A DNA stretch of 58,405 nt from an uncultured Candidatus Berkelbacteria bacterium (lineage in GTDB: Bacteria > Patescibacteriota > UBA1384 > CAJBMM01). The notes beneath the pieces were generated by a model. The model was not told the DNA's origin and did no database searches. It saw nothing but the letters and a program-made list of their open reading frames with translations. A program made the position numbers and the translations under genes. Shown one piece after another: positions 35,759-45,842 of this stretch (position 1 is the first letter of the stretch; each line of letters begins with the position of its first letter). The stretch spans positions 1 to 58,405 of the forward strand of contig CAJBMM010000017.1 of NCBI GenBank assembly GCA_903954185.1, written 5' to 3'.

Positions 35759-36989
35759 ATTTTTAGATTTGCTGAAGAGTGAGATTAAGAGGATTGACGA
35801 TTCGCATACTGCTAAACGCGGCGAAATGATAATTGATGGCTATACCAGCGACGCTAATCCAAAAGCTATCATTGGTAGTAAAAAATACACCGTCTTTAAC
35901 TCAAACGATTATTTGGGCTTGCGTCATCACCCTAAATTAAAACAAACTGAAGCCGAGGCAAGCGAAAAATTTGGCACAGGGCCTGGGGCAGTACGATTTA
36001 TTTCTGGTACTCTGCGAGTACATAAAGAGCTTGAGAGTGAGATTGCCAAATTTCACAGCCGAGACGATGCGATCGTATTTTCGAGCGCCTTTGCTGCCAA
36101 TTTAGCTACCCTATTTTGCCTCACAAAGGGGCAAAGTAAAGTTAGTTTGGTCAATTCAGATGTACTAGTAGTATCTGACGAGCTAAACCATCGCAGTATT
36201 ATAGACGGCATAAGGTTAGCTAACTTAGCACCCGAACAAAAAGCTATCTTTAAACACTTAAATTATGGCGACCTTGACCGTGTCCTTTCAGAGAATGTTG
36301 GCAAATTTGCCCGCGTTGTTTTAGTGACCGATGGCGTTTTTAGTATGCTCGGAGAGCTACAAAATATCGCCAAAATTAATACTATTATCAAAAAATATGA
36401 TGCCAAATATTCGCAAGGCATTTTGCTTGTAGTAGACGATTGTCACGGCGTTGGTGCATGTGGCAAAACAGGCCGTGGTTGTGAAGAGATATTTAATTCC
36501 AAAGCCGATTTGTTAATTGGCACGCTAGGTAAAGCATTCGGGGCAGATGGTGGTTATGTCACCGGCAGTCAAGTTCTCATAGACTATTTAAGAGAATCGG
36601 CCGCTACCTATATATACTCAAATTCCATTTCTCCAGGCACCGCTGGTGCGGCACTAGCAGCCATTACTTTGTTAAAACATACCGAAGGAAAAGCGTTATT
36701 GAAAAAACTTGAAGAGAATGTGACCTACTTTAAAGAAAAAGTTAAAGTGGCTCATTTAGAGTTAGCTGCCGATTCCGCCCACCCTATTCAACCCTTGTTA
36801 ATTGGCGATGGCGAACGAACTAAAAAGTTAAAGTCTGCTATGTTTAAAGAAGGATTTTTAATTACCAATATCAATTATCCGATAGTGCCACAAAAACGAG
36901 ACGAGATAAGAGTGCAAATTAGCGCCACACACACTTTTGAAGAGATAGATTTGTTGGTAAAGTACTTTAAGACACAATTTGGCAAATAA
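35742..36989 (+). CDS. kbl: 2-amino-3-ketobutyrate CoA ligase (glycine C-acetyltransferase), AONS family
   Basis: The PLP-lysine motif is IGTLGKAFGADGGY, and DELNHRSIIDG is present. It is paired with tdh. ATG 35742 is preferred over GTG 35724. Confidence 0.8.
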   Translation: MMARNEFLDLLKSEIKRIDDSHTAKRGEMIIDGYTSDANPKAIIGSKKYTVFNSNDYLGLRHHPKLKQTEAEASEKFGTGPGAVRFISGTLRVHKELESEIAKFHSRDDAIVFSSAFAANLATLFCLTKGQSKVSLVNSDVLVVSDELNHRSIIDGIRLANLAPEQKAIFKHLNYGDLDRVLSENVGKFARVVLVTDGVFSMLGELQNIAKINTIIKKYDAKYSQGILLVVDDCHGVGACGKTGRGCEEIFNSKADLLIGTLGKAFGADGGYVTGSQVLIDYLRESAATYIYSNSISPGTAGAALAAITLLKHTEGKALLKKLEENVTYFKEKVKVAHLELAADSAHPIQPLLIGDGERTKKLKSAMFKEGFLITNINYPIVPQKRDEIRVQISATHTFEEIDLLVKYFKTQFGK

Positions 36990-37084
36990 CCCACATTGCT
37001 TTTTGTGCTGTTCAAGTGATATAAATAGAGTAGCTATATCGAATTTCGATTTATTTTTTTGTTTGCAAAGGATAAACTATAGAG

Positions 37085-37909
37085 ATGAATAAGACATACC
37101 AAATACTTCCCCCAAAAGGGCTTGTGAGAATTGATCTTGGTGAATTGTGGCGTTTTCGCGAACTTTTCTTTGTTTTTGTATGGAGGGATTTTAAAGTACG
37201 ATACAAACAAACTGCTCTAGGTATTTTATGGGCAATTTTTCAACCGTTTGTAACCATGTTAATATTTAGTATATTTTTTGGAAAATTAGCTCAACTACCA
37301 TCCGACGATATACCCTATCCGATTTTTGTTTATTCTGGGCTGCTATTTTGGAACTATTTTGTCTCTGCGCTATCCAATGCCAGCAATTCATTAGTAGATA
37401 ATGAAAACATCGTGAAAAAAATCTATTTTCCGAGGTTAATCTTACCCATAAGCACCCTTGTCACTCCAATTATCGATTTTGTATGTGCATTCGTAGTACT
37501 ACTTGGAATAATGCTTTACTACCACTACACTCCATCTGTTTTAGGAATCGCACTAATTCCAATATTATTATTATTTTCTTTGTTGTCCGCTAGTGGACTT
37601 GGTGTACTATTTGCATCTGTGAACGTAAAATTCCGAGATATACGTTTTATATTACCGTTCTTTATACAGCTACTACTTTTTCTTACACCCGTTATCTATC
37701 CAATAAGTTTAATCCCGCAACCATACCAATGGATTCTGTATATTAATCCCATGTCATCCGTAATTACAGTTGCTCGATCATTTCTTATTGGTGGAGCATC
37801 TGTTCAACCAAGCTTAATAATGCTTTCCGTGGCGGTAACCGCGATTTTTGTATTTGTGGGTATTATTTACTTTAGATCAACCGAGCGATTAATTACCGAC
37901 GCACTGTGA
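37085..37909 (+). CDS. ABC-2 type polysaccharide/teichoic-acid export permease (Wzm/TagG-like)
   Basis: 274 aa with 6 TM segments. It contains FKVRYKQTALGILWAIFQP and lies upstream of the ATPase. Confidence 0.85.
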   Translation: MNKTYQILPPKGLVRIDLGELWRFRELFFVFVWRDFKVRYKQTALGILWAIFQPFVTMLIFSIFFGKLAQLPSDDIPYPIFVYSGLLFWNYFVSALSNASNSLVDNENIVKKIYFPRLILPISTLVTPIIDFVCAFVVLLGIMLYYHYTPSVLGIALIPILLLFSLLSASGLGVLFASVNVKFRDIRFILPFFIQLLLFLTPVIYPISLIPQPYQWILYINPMSSVITVARSFLIGGASVQPSLIMLSVAVTAIFVFVGIIYFRSTERLITDAL

Positions 37910-37915
37910 GGAATC

Positions 37916-39154
37916 ATGTCTTTTGCAATAAAAGCTGAGGGAATAAGTAAAGTATATAAAATTGGAGCATTTAATGCTGGTGGGACTCTTCGGGATTCAA
38001 TTAACGATTTGATGACCTTTAAATGGAAGAAGAGCCCTGTAGAAAACTTTTGGGCGCTCAAAGATATCGATTTCGAGTTGAAAAAGGGTGACGCGCTTGG
38101 GATAATTGGACGAAACGGAGCTGGTAAAAGCACCCTACTTAAAATATTATCACGAACAACTGCTCCAACTAGCGGTTGTATAGACATTAATGGCAGTATA
38201 GCATCCTTACTCGAGGTTGGTACAGGTTTTCACCCCGAACTATCCGGAAGAGAGAATATCTTTTTGAATGGGGCCATTTTAGGAATGAGCCGTAAAGAGA
38301 TAAAAAAGAAGTTTGATGCGATAGTAGATTTCTCCGAAATCGAGAAGTTTCTTGATACACCGGTTAAAAGGTATTCTTCTGGAATGTACGTAAGATTAGC
38401 TTTTGCAGTAGCTGCCCACCTAGAACCAGAGATACTAATTGTTGACGAAGTTTTAGCAGTCGGGGATTTAAACTTCCAAAAAAAATGCCTCGGCAAGATG
38501 AGCGATGTTGGAAAAGAAGGGCGAACAGTTATCTTTGTTAGTCATAATATGAGTGCGGTAAAAGCACTTTGTAATAGAGCGATCTATCTTGAAAATGGTC
38601 GCAAGGAATTTGAGGGGGACGTGCTTACGGCAGTAAGCAAATATCAGGGCAGAACAGATGAAAAACAAGTAGTTAAAATTTATGACAGCTTGGGGCCATC
38701 AACTAAATCGGCACAGATTAGAAAAATTGAGATAGGCGATGCATCAAACGAAGAAAAAACCGAGTTTTCTACAGAAAAACCCCTGGAGATTAAAATTACC
38801 TTTCTGGTGGAAAAAGAAAACGCAAAAATTGGTACTACGGTGTTTCTTAATAATTCAGATGGAGAGATGTTATTCGCGTCACTTTCAAACCACGAAGAGA
38901 AATGGCATGGTAAAAACCGCCCCATTGGAACATATATAAATACCTGTGAAATTCCGCCAAACCTTCTTAGCGATGGAGACTACTCAATCTCCGTGGGACT
39001 TTGGGAAGGTTTTTATGAACAAGGATTTATCGAAAACAATGTAATTAATTTTAGTGTACATGAGGAAGGTTTTATACGAGGTGACGTGCCTTACGATTCG
39101 AGAAGCGGCCTTATTAAACCTTTGCTTAAGTGGCAATCGATAAAGGTGAAATAA
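37916..39154 (+). CDS. ABC transporter ATPase (Wzt/TagH-like) with a C-terminal extension of about 160 aa (possible glycan-binding domain)
   Basis: Walker A is GRNGAGKST, the signature is YSSGMYVRLAFA, and Walker B is ILIVDE. The protein is 412 aa. Confidence 0.88.
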   Translation: MSFAIKAEGISKVYKIGAFNAGGTLRDSINDLMTFKWKKSPVENFWALKDIDFELKKGDALGIIGRNGAGKSTLLKILSRTTAPTSGCIDINGSIASLLEVGTGFHPELSGRENIFLNGAILGMSRKEIKKKFDAIVDFSEIEKFLDTPVKRYSSGMYVRLAFAVAAHLEPEILIVDEVLAVGDLNFQKKCLGKMSDVGKEGRTVIFVSHNMSAVKALCNRAIYLENGRKEFEGDVLTAVSKYQGRTDEKQVVKIYDSLGPSTKSAQIRKIEIGDASNEEKTEFSTEKPLEIKITFLVEKENAKIGTTVFLNNSDGEMLFASLSNHEEKWHGKNRPIGTYINTCEIPPNLLSDGDYSISVGLWEGFYEQGFIENNVINFSVHEEGFIRGDVPYDSRSGLIKPLLKWQSIKVK

Positions 39155-39909
39155 TGGCAATCAGAATAAAGAAGCATACAAAAACTCGAGTGCTATTTTT
39201 GAGCAACTCCCAGGGAACATCTGCTGGATTAGCTGATGATACATTTTGGAAAAGTTATCCTCATAGAGTTCAAGATCATTTCCCTGAGATTGAATGTGTT
39301 ATCTGGGCTGAATCAGATAATTCCGTAGCCAATATCGATAATCATTTTAATGAGCTCGTGCTGCAACAATACCCAGATATTATTTTTCTTCAATGCGGAA
39401 TTATTGAGGGTTCACTCCGAATATTACCAAGAGGTCTAAAAAATATACTTGCGCTGCTGCCTGGTGGTAAATATATAACCGGAAGTATTCGAAATCGCCG
39501 AAGACAATGGATGAAATTATTAAATATTTTCCGTCTAAAATTTTACGAGCTCGATCTTCACCAATTCGAGTCACATTTGTCCAGTATAATAAAAAAGGTT
39601 AAAGAGAATAATATCGAATTCGGAATATTAGAAATAGCACCCCTATCCCAAGACTTTATAAATAATATGATTCCTGGGAATAATCAGTCTTTGGCTAGAT
39701 ATAATTCAATCTTAGTTAAGGTTGCAAAAAGACACGATGTTAAATTAATTAATTCAATCGAAAACAACCACAATGCTTCACTTAACGACTTGTATATAAA
39801 AAATACTGTTCATTTTTCAGTTGAAGGCCATGAATTGATTGCAAAAAATATTATTAACTTCATCAACTCATCAACTAAGTTTTTAATCAATCACAAAACG
39901 AAAGGATAA
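39154..39909 (+). CDS. SGNH/GDSL-like hydrolase or acyl-esterase (tentative)
   Basis: VLFLSNSQG looks like block I. ATG 39154 overlaps the Wzt stop (TAATG), and AAAGGTG lies upstream. Confidence 0.4.
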   Translation: MAIRIKKHTKTRVLFLSNSQGTSAGLADDTFWKSYPHRVQDHFPEIECVIWAESDNSVANIDNHFNELVLQQYPDIIFLQCGIIEGSLRILPRGLKNILALLPGGKYITGSIRNRRRQWMKLLNIFRLKFYELDLHQFESHLSSIIKKVKENNIEFGILEIAPLSQDFINNMIPGNNQSLARYNSILVKVAKRHDVKLINSIENNHNASLNDLYIKNTVHFSVEGHELIAKNIINFINSSTKFLINHKTKG

Positions 39910-39910
39910 A

Positions 39911-40600
39911 GTGAAACAAGATTACGAAAAAATGTTTTGGAAATCATATTCCGAGAATCACTTTTGGAAATTAAACGATAAAACAAAAGTCAAAGAAAAC
40001 AGTATATATTACGATGCAATCTATAACTCTCTGCTGCCCGAAAAGAAATCCACAAAGATCTTAGACGTTGGCTCTGGCGGCGGACACTTTTTAGCTTATT
40101 TAAAAAGGAGAGGTTATAAAAACATTGAGGGAGTAGACCTTTCCCCCGGCTTAGTTGAATTTGTGAAAAAGGAAATACATCCTAAAGTTACCAATGAAGA
40201 TGCCCTGTCGTTCTTAGAGAAGCACAATAACGAATACGATATTTTGGTGGCAAACGATATTATTGAGCACCTGCACAAAGATCGAATCATTGAATTTTTA
40301 TTTCTTTGCTTCGAAGCCCTTAAAAAAGAAGGTACACTATATTTAAAAACGCCAAACATGGGAAATTTCTTTGCCCCAAGGAATCGCTATGTAGATTTTA
40401 CTCATTCAACAGGGTTTACCGAATATAGTTTGCGTCAAGTATGTGCTGCAGTTGGTTTTAAAGAAGTAGAAGTTATCGCAGAGAATCACACTAAGAAAGA
40501 ACCGAGGATTTACAAATGGATTCGAAAACTTTATAAGCTTACTGGTCAAGATGCCCCTTCAATTCTTGATGTAAACTTATTGGCAATATGTAAAAAATAA
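39911..40600 (+). CDS. Class I SAM-dependent methyltransferase
   Basis: ILDVGSGGGHFLAYL is motif I. The start is GTG. Confidence 0.75.
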   Translation: MKQDYEKMFWKSYSENHFWKLNDKTKVKENSIYYDAIYNSLLPEKKSTKILDVGSGGGHFLAYLKRRGYKNIEGVDLSPGLVEFVKKEIHPKVTNEDALSFLEKHNNEYDILVANDIIEHLHKDRIIEFLFLCFEALKKEGTLYLKTPNMGNFFAPRNRYVDFTHSTGFTEYSLRQVCAAVGFKEVEVIAENHTKKEPRIYKWIRKLYKLTGQDAPSILDVNLLAICKK

Positions 40601-40613
40601 TTAAGGAATTTAC

Positions 40614-41723
40614 TTGCGTATAATAGTTTTCTGTACCGCTAATTTATCAGTAGGCAGTGGCAGTGAAGTACGCGCCAGGCTTATTTCTCTCGGATTAAAA
40701 TACCATGGAGCTGATGTCCACGTGGTCTGTGGGGGAGTTCCACCCGAATTTGTTCAAAAAGGAATTGATTTTACCACAATGAAAGATGGTGATTCTTGGT
40801 ATGATACCTTAAATACGGCAACAAAAAAATTTGAACCCAATGTGATTATCGGCGTCACTGAGGCAGGAACTGACGCTGTTTACCAGGTAGCACGAAATTT
40901 TCAAATCAAGTACATTCTCGATCTTCACGGACTTGGCTTTGTTGAAATTCTCGAACTCGGCAAAGGATTTGGTCCACGTTGGCCACGAATTAAGAGATCA
41001 CTAAAATGGCTAAGCCGGGTATTATTTGCCGATGCTGTGACAATTGCAAACCCTACACTCGTCTCGTTCATTAAACCTTTTAATCGCCATACCATCCCAG
41101 TTGTCGGTATGACAGACACTACGTATTTCTCCCCCGAAGGGAAGAAGTTGGCGTTGGGTGAAACTAACCGAACTCAAGTGTTATACGCGGGAAATTTTTA
41201 TAAATGGCAGGGTATAGACATGCTAATTGAAGCAATACCGCTTGTTCTTAAAGAAAACCCTCATTTCGAGTTTACTATTGTTGGATCTGTCGGTGTTAAC
41301 GAAGAAGTTATGAATGCGTGGAAAAGTACGCTCCCGAGTAAATCTGTACATTTCAAACAATCAGTCGATTTTCGAGAAGTAGCAAATTATTATCGTTCCG
41401 CTGATGTGTTAGTTATTCCAAGACCATTTATGTTCAGTACGTACTTGGCTATTCCACAAAAACTCCTAGACTATATGTCTTGTGGCAAAACAATTGTGGC
41501 AACCAATCTCGCCCCTCATCGTTGGGCACTCACTCCAAATGCGGGAGTTCTTTGCAATCCCTCTGCAGAAGGAATTGCAAATGGTTTATTATTGGCTTCG
41601 GATAAGAGCAAACGAGCTAAGTTTGGGATGAATGCACGAAAGATTGCATTGGATAGATTTGATCACATCAAACAGACTAAGAAAATCTTTGATTATTGTG
41701 AGTCAGTAACTGAGAAAGGCTAA
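40614..41723 (+). CDS. GT4-family glycosyltransferase
   Basis: GT-B pattern, with YAGNFYKWQGIDMLIEA and PQKLLDYMSCGKTIVATN. Confidence 0.7.
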   Translation: MRIIVFCTANLSVGSGSEVRARLISLGLKYHGADVHVVCGGVPPEFVQKGIDFTTMKDGDSWYDTLNTATKKFEPNVIIGVTEAGTDAVYQVARNFQIKYILDLHGLGFVEILELGKGFGPRWPRIKRSLKWLSRVLFADAVTIANPTLVSFIKPFNRHTIPVVGMTDTTYFSPEGKKLALGETNRTQVLYAGNFYKWQGIDMLIEAIPLVLKENPHFEFTIVGSVGVNEEVMNAWKSTLPSKSVHFKQSVDFREVANYYRSADVLVIPRPFMFSTYLAIPQKLLDYMSCGKTIVATNLAPHRWALTPNAGVLCNPSAEGIANGLLLASDKSKRAKFGMNARKIALDRFDHIKQTKKIFDYCESVTEKG

Positions 41724-41725
41724 TC

Positions 41726-43654
41726 ATGTGCGGAATATGCGGAGTTATTAGTCAACAATCAGACAATGGATCTTCCGTAACAAGAATGGTGGAAGCGATG
41801 CACCATAGGGGTCCGGATGATAGTGGGGTTTACACCGATAACTATATTTCATTTGGCATGAGCAGGTTGTCTATTTTAGATTTATCACCCGCAGGTCACC
41901 AGCCAATGTTCAATGAGAAAAAAACGATTGGAATTGTTTTTAATGGTGAAATATACAACTTTCAGGAAAAACGTCGCGAACTAATTGCAAAAGGATATCA
42001 TTTTAAATCTGGTACAGATACAGAAGTAATCATAAAACTTTACGAAGAATATGGGGAAGAATTTATTAAGCAACTCCGTGGCATGTTTGCATTTGCAATT
42101 TACGACCGCAGAAAAAGTTCGAGTGGCAAAATTATTATTGCGCGTGATCATTTAGGGATCAAACCGCTATACTACTATTACATTAATGATGTATTCATTT
42201 TTGCTTCAGAAATTAAAGCGCTGCTCTCAAGCAATCTTATTCCAAAGTTAATTAATCCAGAGGCACTAAGGCTACTTATGACTTTTGGGTCCGTACTACA
42301 ACCTCAAACTATGTTAAAAAACGTATTTATGCTTTTGCCTGCTCATTATATGGTGATAGAGAACGGAAAAGTATCTGTTAATAAATATTGGTCCATGGAT
42401 ACAGACCGCATAGCTAATCTTAGAAGTAAGCCTTACCATGATCAGGTTGATTACGTTCGACAAACTATTGAAGAATCTGTGAAGATGCAAATGATTGGCG
42501 ATGTGCCAGTGGGGGCGTTCTTAAGCGGAGGAGTAGACTCCTCACTATTAGTCGCCATCATGGCAAAATCAGCCAAGGCAAAAGTTAAAACATTTTCTAT
42601 CGGGTTCGGAAGAGAAGGATCAGAAATTGATGAGACAGACGACGCAAGAAAGGTTGCGGAGCACCTAGGTACAATTCACAAACGAGTCGTAGTATCAGAG
42701 AAAGAGGTACGAGACAACATTCGGAAAATTGCATCCTCATTGGACCAACCTACAGTTGATGGATTTAATTCCTATTTTGTTTCTAAAGCAGCCAGTGAAG
42801 GAGTGACGGTAGCAATATCTGGCACCGGAGGAGATGAGTTATTTGCGGGCTATCCGTGGTTTATTAACATGGTTAAATACGCACAGAACAGTAGAAACAA
42901 TCGCGAGGAGTTTATATCAAAACTAGCCAGAAATTCTCTTTTTGACAAATTTGTACTTACTCGCTTTGCATCAAAAATTGAGGAAATTAGGAAAATGACC
43001 GGTTATTTACCTCAATTTGCTCGCGAGTATATGATTTTTGGAACCATTCGCGCATCAAATATACTTTCAGATAACATACGGAGAAAGGTTGAACTGGGGA
43101 GAGAGCCATCAATTGACATTAACATTGCTGATGAATTGTCTGATAAAAATGCGGTTGATCGGGCCACAGCGCTATGCTTGAGAGGATATACCCAAAATCA
43201 ACTTTTACGTGATATTGATGTTGCCTCAATGGCGCATTCACTTGAAGTTCGAGTGCCATTCCTTGATCCATACGTTGTTGACGTAGCGCTGTCACTTCCA
43301 ATTGAAGCTAAATTACCGAAAGCTGTTAACGTAGCTGATGCAACTAACGCAACATACCGTAGCACGGGGGCAAAAAGAATTTTAATAGATGCTGGCAGGA
43401 AATGGCTTCCTCCAGATATTGATCTGCAAATTAAGCGCGGATTTAGCATGCCTTTTGATTATTGGCTGAAAGGGTCGTTAAAAGATGTTGTGGAGGATAC
43501 TCTATCAAGCGATGTAGTAAAACGACGCGGATACTTTAATCCTACACAAGTGGCATCTATTTCAAAATTATTTAAAGAAAATAAAATGAGTTGGCCAAGT
43601 ATTTGGCTGTTAGTCATTACCGAACTTTGGGCTAGAGAGGTGTTGGATGATTAA
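41726..43654 (+). CDS. Asparagine synthase (glutamine-hydrolysing)-like amidotransferase (WbpS-like)
   Basis: The N-terminal nucleophile is MCGICG, and the PP-loop is FLSGGVDSSLLV. The protein is 642 aa. Confidence 0.85.
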   Translation: MCGICGVISQQSDNGSSVTRMVEAMHHRGPDDSGVYTDNYISFGMSRLSILDLSPAGHQPMFNEKKTIGIVFNGEIYNFQEKRRELIAKGYHFKSGTDTEVIIKLYEEYGEEFIKQLRGMFAFAIYDRRKSSSGKIIIARDHLGIKPLYYYYINDVFIFASEIKALLSSNLIPKLINPEALRLLMTFGSVLQPQTMLKNVFMLLPAHYMVIENGKVSVNKYWSMDTDRIANLRSKPYHDQVDYVRQTIEESVKMQMIGDVPVGAFLSGGVDSSLLVAIMAKSAKAKVKTFSIGFGREGSEIDETDDARKVAEHLGTIHKRVVVSEKEVRDNIRKIASSLDQPTVDGFNSYFVSKAASEGVTVAISGTGGDELFAGYPWFINMVKYAQNSRNNREEFISKLARNSLFDKFVLTRFASKIEEIRKMTGYLPQFAREYMIFGTIRASNILSDNIRRKVELGREPSIDINIADELSDKNAVDRATALCLRGYTQNQLLRDIDVASMAHSLEVRVPFLDPYVVDVALSLPIEAKLPKAVNVADATNATYRSTGAKRILIDAGRKWLPPDIDLQIKRGFSMPFDYWLKGSLKDVVEDTLSSDVVKRRGYFNPTQVASISKLFKENKMSWPSIWLLVITELWAREVLDD

Positions 43655-44822
43655 GAATAGAGTGAATGTTCTATTTATTTGTTGGGGTTTCTCAATACAT
43701 GCCAAAAGAAGAATACGAATATTCTGCGACGATCCGAGATTTAAGGTAAGTGTAGCCTCCACGTTTGATTATCAATTTTCACCAGCCAATAATGTAAAAT
43801 TACCTAGCGACTGTAATGTGCGCGAACTGCCAGGTTATTGGAATATATTCAAAACATGGTGGATTGCATTTAAAGCATTGGTAATTTTATTTACGACGGT
43901 AGCCCGCATTAAGCCAGAGGTGATATTCTTGCACACCCTTATGTTTCCGTGCTACCTAGCATACTTTTTACCAAAACGTATACCGATAATTATCACCTTC
44001 TGGAACGGTGACGTAATATGGTGGGCAAAATGGAATGGCATAGAACGCGCCTTGAAAAAAAAGATCGTAATTACCGGGGTAAGAAGAGCAAACGCCATTA
44101 CGGTTAACTCCCAAATGGCTTTAGATAAGTGTATTGAATATGGGGCACCAAAAGAGCGAATTAGCCTGATTCGCTATCCTGGAGTAAATATGGCATTGTT
44201 TAAGCCCAAAGTTAAAGCTGCTTCGAGAAAGATTTTGAATACTCAATACGAAAACATACTATTATGGCCACGCGGTCTTGGGGGTTATTTAAACAGCGAC
44301 ATTTTACTTGACGCGGCGCCAATAATCATCAAGGAGTTTCCAAAAACCCAATTTATTATTTTATCCAAGGTTGGTGAAAGTACAATTAGGGAGTTTTCAG
44401 ACGAATTAAAAAAACGTGATATCTATAATAATTTTCGATTTGACTCACAAGTAGATCATAGACTTATGCCGGATTATTATAATGCAGCAGATGCCATGAT
44501 CACAATATCGAGCAATGATTCGTTACCAAACGTTATGCTAGAATCTCTCAGTTGCGGAACACCAGTAATTGCTGGAGATATTGAACAACTTCGTGAATGG
44601 ATCGTCAACAAACACACTGGATTTTTAGTACCACCACGCGATCATAAGATATTAGCTGAAACAATTTTGTTTATTATCAATAATAAAAATAGTAAATTGG
44701 TAAATGCCGTTATAAAAAATGGGCTGATAAGAGCGCGAAAAGATGCGGATAGTAGGAAAAATATTCCCGCAATCAAGCAACTAGTAATTGATACCGCCAC
44801 AAGCGCCAATAAATTAAACTGA
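43647..44822 (+). CDS. GT4-family glycosyltransferase
   Basis: It contains NDSLPNVMLESLSCGTPVIAGD and overlaps the upstream gene by 8 nt. Confidence 0.7.
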   Translation: MIKNRVNVLFICWGFSIHAKRRIRIFCDDPRFKVSVASTFDYQFSPANNVKLPSDCNVRELPGYWNIFKTWWIAFKALVILFTTVARIKPEVIFLHTLMFPCYLAYFLPKRIPIIITFWNGDVIWWAKWNGIERALKKKIVITGVRRANAITVNSQMALDKCIEYGAPKERISLIRYPGVNMALFKPKVKAASRKILNTQYENILLWPRGLGGYLNSDILLDAAPIIIKEFPKTQFIILSKVGESTIREFSDELKKRDIYNNFRFDSQVDHRLMPDYYNAADAMITISSNDSLPNVMLESLSCGTPVIAGDIEQLREWIVNKHTGFLVPPRDHKILAETILFIINNKNSKLVNAVIKNGLIRARKDADSRKNIPAIKQLVIDTATSANKLN

Positions 44823-44838
44823 CGAAATTATGCGTAGA

Positions 44839-44847
44839 TGCTATAAT
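44839..44847 (+). promoter_or_regulatory. Extended -10 element TGCTATAAT (internal promoter of the glycan cluster)
   Basis: TGCTATAAT lies at 44839-44847, in the only gap of about 90 nt within the cluster. AAGGAG precedes ATG 44913. Confidence 0.4.
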
Positions 44848-44912
44848 TACCATCAAAAACTATTTAAGTTGCCGCAAAATATGATATATTGGTAACGAAA
44901 TAAGGAGAGTTT

Positions 44913-45842
44913 ATGCAGACAGTCGTTACCGGGGGGGCTGGTTTTATCGGGTCTTATTTAGTCCGCGAGCTAGTAAAGCGCGGATTTTCAGTGAAGGTAA
45001 TTGATAATTTATCTACAGGTAAAAAAAAGAATATCGAAGATATCTTGGGTGATATTGAATTTATCGAGGGGGATATTAGAGATATAAATACCCTTAATAA
45101 ACACTTTGAAAAAACAGAAGTAGTATTTCACCAGGCAGCGCTTCCCTCTGTGCCCCGGTCAATAAATAACCCAATCGCATCTAATGACCATAACGTTAAT
45201 GGCACACTTAATGTATTGGTAGCCGCAAGAGATAAGGGAGTAAAACGGGTTATTTATGCCTCATCAAGCTCTGCTTACGGTAATACTGATGTAGAATATA
45301 AGACCGAAACCCTCCCCTCAAATCCTCTCTCCCCATACGCATTAACTAAGTTCACTGGTGAAGTGTACTGCAAACTATTTACAAAATTATACGGTTTAGA
45401 AACAGTATCACTTCGATATTTTAATGTTTTTGGCCCTCGTCAAGACCCGAATAATCAATACGCAGCCGCCATCCCATTATTTATCAATTTAATGTTGAAA
45501 GGTGAGAGTCCAACAGTTTTCGGTAACGGAGAGCAAAGTCGCGATTTTACCTATGTTAAAAATAACGTAGAGGCAAATATTGCTGCTGCCTTATCCAATA
45601 AAGGGGCTGGCGAAACAATAAACATTGCTTGCGGAGAATCAATAACACTGGATAAACTCATTTCTGAGATTAATGCGAATTTAAAAACAAATATCAAACC
45701 AATTTATAAAGAACCGCGCGTTGGCGATGTTAAACACTCCAAAGCCGATATAAAGAAGGCCGAGTCCATGCTTGGGTACAAGCCTTCCGTTTATTTTGCG
45801 GACGGATTAAGGGAGACAATAGAATGGTACAAGAATCAATGA
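44913..45842 (+). CDS. NAD-dependent sugar-nucleotide 4-epimerase (WbpP/TviC-like)
   Basis: It contains VTGGAGFIGSYL and the SPYALTK (YxxxK) motif. It is paired with a TviB/WbpO-like dehydrogenase. Confidence 0.8.
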   Translation: MQTVVTGGAGFIGSYLVRELVKRGFSVKVIDNLSTGKKKNIEDILGDIEFIEGDIRDINTLNKHFEKTEVVFHQAALPSVPRSINNPIASNDHNVNGTLNVLVAARDKGVKRVIYASSSSAYGNTDVEYKTETLPSNPLSPYALTKFTGEVYCKLFTKLYGLETVSLRYFNVFGPRQDPNNQYAAAIPLFINLMLKGESPTVFGNGEQSRDFTYVKNNVEANIAAALSNKGAGETINIACGESITLDKLISEINANLKTNIKPIYKEPRVGDVKHSKADIKKAESMLGYKPSVYFADGLRETIEWYKNQ

